Assembly (NCBI GenBank): GCA_964534625.1
Contig: CAZHRF010000076.1
Coordinates: 1-10,356, forward strand
Reading direction: 5' to 3'
Length of the DNA: 10,356 nt
From: an uncultured archaeon
GTDB taxonomy: Archaea; Asgardarchaeota; Heimdallarchaeia; Heimdallarchaeales; Heimdallarchaeaceae
Both the position numbers and the translations under genes were made by a program. Below the pieces are notes generated by a model. That model worked only from the letters and a program-made list of their open reading frames with translations, had not been told where the DNA came from and ran no database searches. This document shows positions 7,982-10,356 of this stretch, piece by piece (position 1 is the stretch's first letter; each line of letters starts with the position of its first letter).

Positions 7982-8023
7982 TTATGAAGTAGGAAAGCAG
8001 CTCTTTAGGTAGTGAAAATTCAT
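7982..8023 (+). mobile_element. Degenerate IS200/IS605 right-end remnant
   Basis: TATGAAGTAGGAAAGCAGCTCTTTAGGTAGTGAAAATTCAT shares GAAAGC...CTTTAGG...AATTCAT with 7894-7926, but the stem is decayed. Confidence 0.5.
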
Positions 8024-8024
8024 T

Positions 8025-8038
8025 GAAACCTTTATTAA
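8025..8038 (+). promoter_or_regulatory. Putative BRE-TATA (GAAACC-TTTATTAA) of the adenylate-forming enzyme gene
   Basis: TATA at -29..-22 from the ATG at 8060. Confidence 0.6.
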
Positions 8039-8059
8039 TTCATAGGTTTATGAAACTTT

Positions 8060-9403
8060 ATGGTTAATTTTCTATGTTTTATTTTTGGAATTAAGTGGCG
8101 TTTTAAGCGTTGGAAAAAAGAAAGAATACGTAAATATCAACAAAAACAAACTAAAAATCTTGTTGAGTTTGCAGTTGAAAATTCCTCCTTTTACAAAGAA
8201 TATTATCAAGGTTATGATCTCGATAATTTTTCTAGTTTACCTTTTATGAACAAGAACCTTTTCATGGATAATTTTACTGCTATTAATACGAAAGGACTAA
8301 CCAAAGAAGAATGTATGGAGCACTGTATACAGAAAGAGAAAACAAGAGATTTTGATCAATATTATAAAGGTTATCTGGTAGGTCTTTCCACAGGCACAAG
8401 CGGCAATCGAGGCTTAGAATTTGTTACGAAAAGTGAAGCTTTTTTGATGAAAATTATGACCATTATGAGGTTTCCCTTTCCCTCTGCTTTTAGATATCAT
8501 TTGGCTTTTATTCTGAGAGTTTTCTCCCCTGGATTTGGCTATAACGGCCTAAGATTCAAAGTATCGTATGTTAATCCATTGAATCCAAAAGAGAAAATGA
8601 TCCAAGAATTAAATGAACTAGAACCCAATATCATTTCAGCCCCACCCTCAATCTTACAATTATTAGCCCGATCTAAAAGAAAAAACAAATTAGATTTTGC
8701 CCCTCTATTGATAGTGTCCTATGCTGAGGTATTAACCACTAATGTAAGAGAAGGATTGGAAGATACATTTAACTGTCCTGTGATGGAAGCATATAAATCA
8801 TCAGAAAGTTTTATTGCGTTACCATGCAAAGAAGGGTACTTACATATTAATGAAGACTCAGTCTACGTTGAAGTATTAGACAAAAATAATATCCATGTTA
8901 AGCCAGGTAATCCGGGTTTTGTCGTTATTACAGACCTAATTAAACATGGCACACCTTTGATAAGATACAAAATGAACGATCTTATAACCATTAGTCCTAA
9001 AAAATGTCCTTGTGGGTCAAATTTTAGAGTCATCGAAAAAATTCATGGGCGTGCAGATGATATTATATTAGGGTATAATCCTACTTCAGATGAAAAAGAG
9101 CTGATCCTTCCTGATTTTTTACGTCGATCTGTGGTTACAGCATCGAATCAAATTAGAGAGTATAATGTTATTCAACATGAAACAGATAAGATAGAGGTTA
9201 TATTAGAACTAGATGAGAATACTACTAAAGAAGAACAGAAAAAGATAGAAAAAGAAATTGCAAAAAATATTCATGAAATATTCATGAGACATGGGTGTGT
9301 CAAACCTGATTTGAATTTTATTTATAAAACAGAAATAAAGCTTGATCCAGATAAAAAATTAAGGAGAGTTAGACGAACGTTTACTAATGATTTTAGAAAA
9401 TAA
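8060..9403 (+). CDS. Phenylacetate-CoA ligase / coenzyme F390 synthetase-related adenylate-forming enzyme
   Basis: ANL P-loop VGLSTGTSGNRG, YKSSESFIA, LHINED, ITDL...TPLIRYKMND, CPCGS and GRADD. Confidence 0.9.
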   Translation: MVNFLCFIFGIKWRFKRWKKERIRKYQQKQTKNLVEFAVENSSFYKEYYQGYDLDNFSSLPFMNKNLFMDNFTAINTKGLTKEECMEHCIQKEKTRDFDQYYKGYLVGLSTGTSGNRGLEFVTKSEAFLMKIMTIMRFPFPSAFRYHLAFILRVFSPGFGYNGLRFKVSYVNPLNPKEKMIQELNELEPNIISAPPSILQLLARSKRKNKLDFAPLLIVSYAEVLTTNVREGLEDTFNCPVMEAYKSSESFIALPCKEGYLHINEDSVYVEVLDKNNIHVKPGNPGFVVITDLIKHGTPLIRYKMNDLITISPKKCPCGSNFRVIEKIHGRADDIILGYNPTSDEKELILPDFLRRSVVTASNQIREYNVIQHETDKIEVILELDENTTKEEQKKIEKEIAKNIHEIFMRHGCVKPDLNFIYKTEIKLDPDKKLRRVRRTFTNDFRK

Positions 9404-9413
9404 AGATGATTAA

Positions 9414-9710
9414 ATGGTAAGGAAAGAACAAAAACAGAGGGACTACAAAAGAAATCCATCAGGATTGAGAAGGAAAGCGTTCAACGTTCAGACTGTTTAA
9501 GAGGCTTAGGTATTTGTGGTGTAGTGTTTATTCATGTAATAGGGATTATTTGCAGAGATTGATTTAGATACTCTTAATCCCTTGTTTATGATAGTGTCTG
9601 TTAATTGGGGTGGGCTATTTATCATGATCTCAGCGATAGTTAATACTTATTCGAGTTATTTAAGATATAAGCAAAAAGTTCAAGATAAAGTTGATAAGTC
9701 TGTTTGGTAG
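9414..9710 (+). pseudogene. Frameshifted, truncated membrane acyltransferase-like gene (Acyl_transf_3/DUF1624-type N-terminus)
   Basis: 9491-9559 reads DCLRGLGICGVVFIHVIG (D.LRG..I..V...H motif) and then hits TGA at 9560. The +1 frame, 9543-9710, continues as GLFAEIDLDTLNPLFMIVSVNWGGLFIMISAIVNTYSSYLRY...stop. A probable ATG at 9414 is out of frame with the D.LRG motif, implying a further indel. Confidence 0.72.
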
Positions 9711-9744
9711 ACTTTTGAAAAAACTAAGATGTATTTGCGGAAGT

Positions 9745-10059
9745 TTATTTTTTATCCAATTCTTTTTTTACCGTTTTTAATACCTTTTCATCTTTTATCA
9801 GCTTTTTAACGTAATCTTTGTCAGGAAAACTGATTGCGTCGAAAATACACCATGCCTCGCAGCTTGTACAACCAACCATGCATTGTTTGGGTCTAGCGAC
9901 AACAGCCTTTTTATTTTTATAATCGTAATCATATACATTTCTTCCACAACTCGTGAAACACATTCCGCAACCTGTGCACTTGTCTGTATCAACTGTTGGA
10001 TGCCATGTTATTTTTTCTCTGTCAATTCCTTTCCATTTTGCAAACTTTTCTGGGAGCAT
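9745..10059 (-). CDS. 2x[4Fe-4S] ferredoxin family protein
   Basis: W.P.VD.DKCTGCGMCFTSC and CMVGCTSCEAWC...AISFP. Confidence 0.92.
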   Translation of the reverse strand: MLPEKFAKWKGIDREKITWHPTVDTDKCTGCGMCFTSCGRNVYDYDYKNKKAVVARPKQCMVGCTSCEAWCIFDAISFPDKDYVKKLIKDEKVLKTVKKELDKK

Positions 10060-10081
10060 AATCTATTCTATTTTATCCCTA

Positions 10082-10096
10082 TTTATATACCTTTTG
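10082..10096 (-). promoter_or_regulatory. BRE-TATA (CAAAAGG-TATATAAA) of the ferredoxin gene
   Basis: TATATAAA at -30..-23 from the ATG at 10059, with a purine-rich BRE directly upstream. Confidence 0.7.
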
Positions 10097-10148
10097 TACT
10101 TCCAAATTGAGAAAATATTCAAGGATTCTTTCATTAAGAGAATTTTAT

Positions 10149-10356
10149 CTGAACGTCTTCTTGAAAACCCCGTCCTTGAGGGCGGGGATGAAAAGAAGAA
10201 AAAACAATACACGTTTTAGCATACAAACATTTTTGAAGAAGAAAAACTAAGAGAAGGATGAAATGAAGGTCAACAGAGCATATAAAGTAAGGATATACCC
10301 TACTAAAGAACAAGAACAGAGGCTCATAAAGACCTTCGGGTGTTGTAGGTTCCTAT
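10149..10356 (+). mobile_element. IS200/IS605-family (IS1341-type) element: left end plus start of tnpB, truncated by the window edge
   Basis: Hairpin CCCCGTCC-TTGA-GGGCGGGG (10168-10187) with outer arms TCTTCTT/AAGAAGA (10156-10162/10193-10199). The tnpB ATG follows 75 nt after the hairpin, leaving no room for tnpA. The left boundary is inferred from TTTAT at 10144-10148. Confidence 0.85.
10263..10356 (+). CDS. tnpB: RNA-guided endonuclease TnpB family, N-terminal fragment (HTH_OrfB_IS605 region); partial, not in the ORF track
   Basis: MKVNRAYKVRIYPTKEQEQRLIKTFGCCRFL matches the RAYK.R.YPT.EQ...L..TFGC.RF signature. GAAGGA lies just upstream. Confidence 0.92.
   Translation, partial: MKVNRAYKVRIYPTKEQEQRLIKTFGCCRFL

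Noticed and set aside
7894-8023. Possible CRISPR mini-array
   Set aside because: Only two poorly matching units, a spacer that is too long and no cas genes. Better explained as IS200/IS605 ends.
7881-10187. Composite transposon carrying the ligase and ferredoxin between the two hairpins
   Set aside because: The 10168 hairpin is a left end facing tnpB, not a right end closing this interval.
9798-10219. ORFs 9798-9992, 9883-10110 and 9953-10219
   Set aside because: They overlap the ferredoxin gene or the IS left end, and none has the HUH/Tyr motifs of TnpA.

Overview
AT-rich window, almost certainly archaeal: TATA/BRE boxes sit about 22-30 nt before several ATGs and there is one GGTGAGGTG Shine-Dalgarno. 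An Asgard (Heimdallarchaeia-like) origin is inferred from the style of the large surface protein but is not proven. In order, the window holds: a two-gene tungsten AOR-family oxidoreductase operon (Fe-S small subunit plus large subunit, resembling the GOR/XOR clade); a small orphan ORF whose frame extends upstream to ATG-TGA; an overlapping HEPN + minimal nucleotidyltransferase pair; a divergent PP2C-type phosphatase with a poly-Asn tract; a 969-aa membrane-anchored beta-helix protein with DxDxDG repeats; short IS200/IS605 end remnants; a PaaK/F390-synthetase-related adenylate-forming enzyme followed by a frameshifted membrane acyltransferase relic that the ORF track misses; a 2x[4Fe-4S] ferredoxin; and the left end plus first 31 codons of a tnpB element that has no tnpA upstream of tnpB. 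I cannot show a clearly new multi-gene system. The best leads are the IS200/IS605 end elements with readable guide/cleavage motifs, the GOR-like enzyme and the ATG-TGA ORF.
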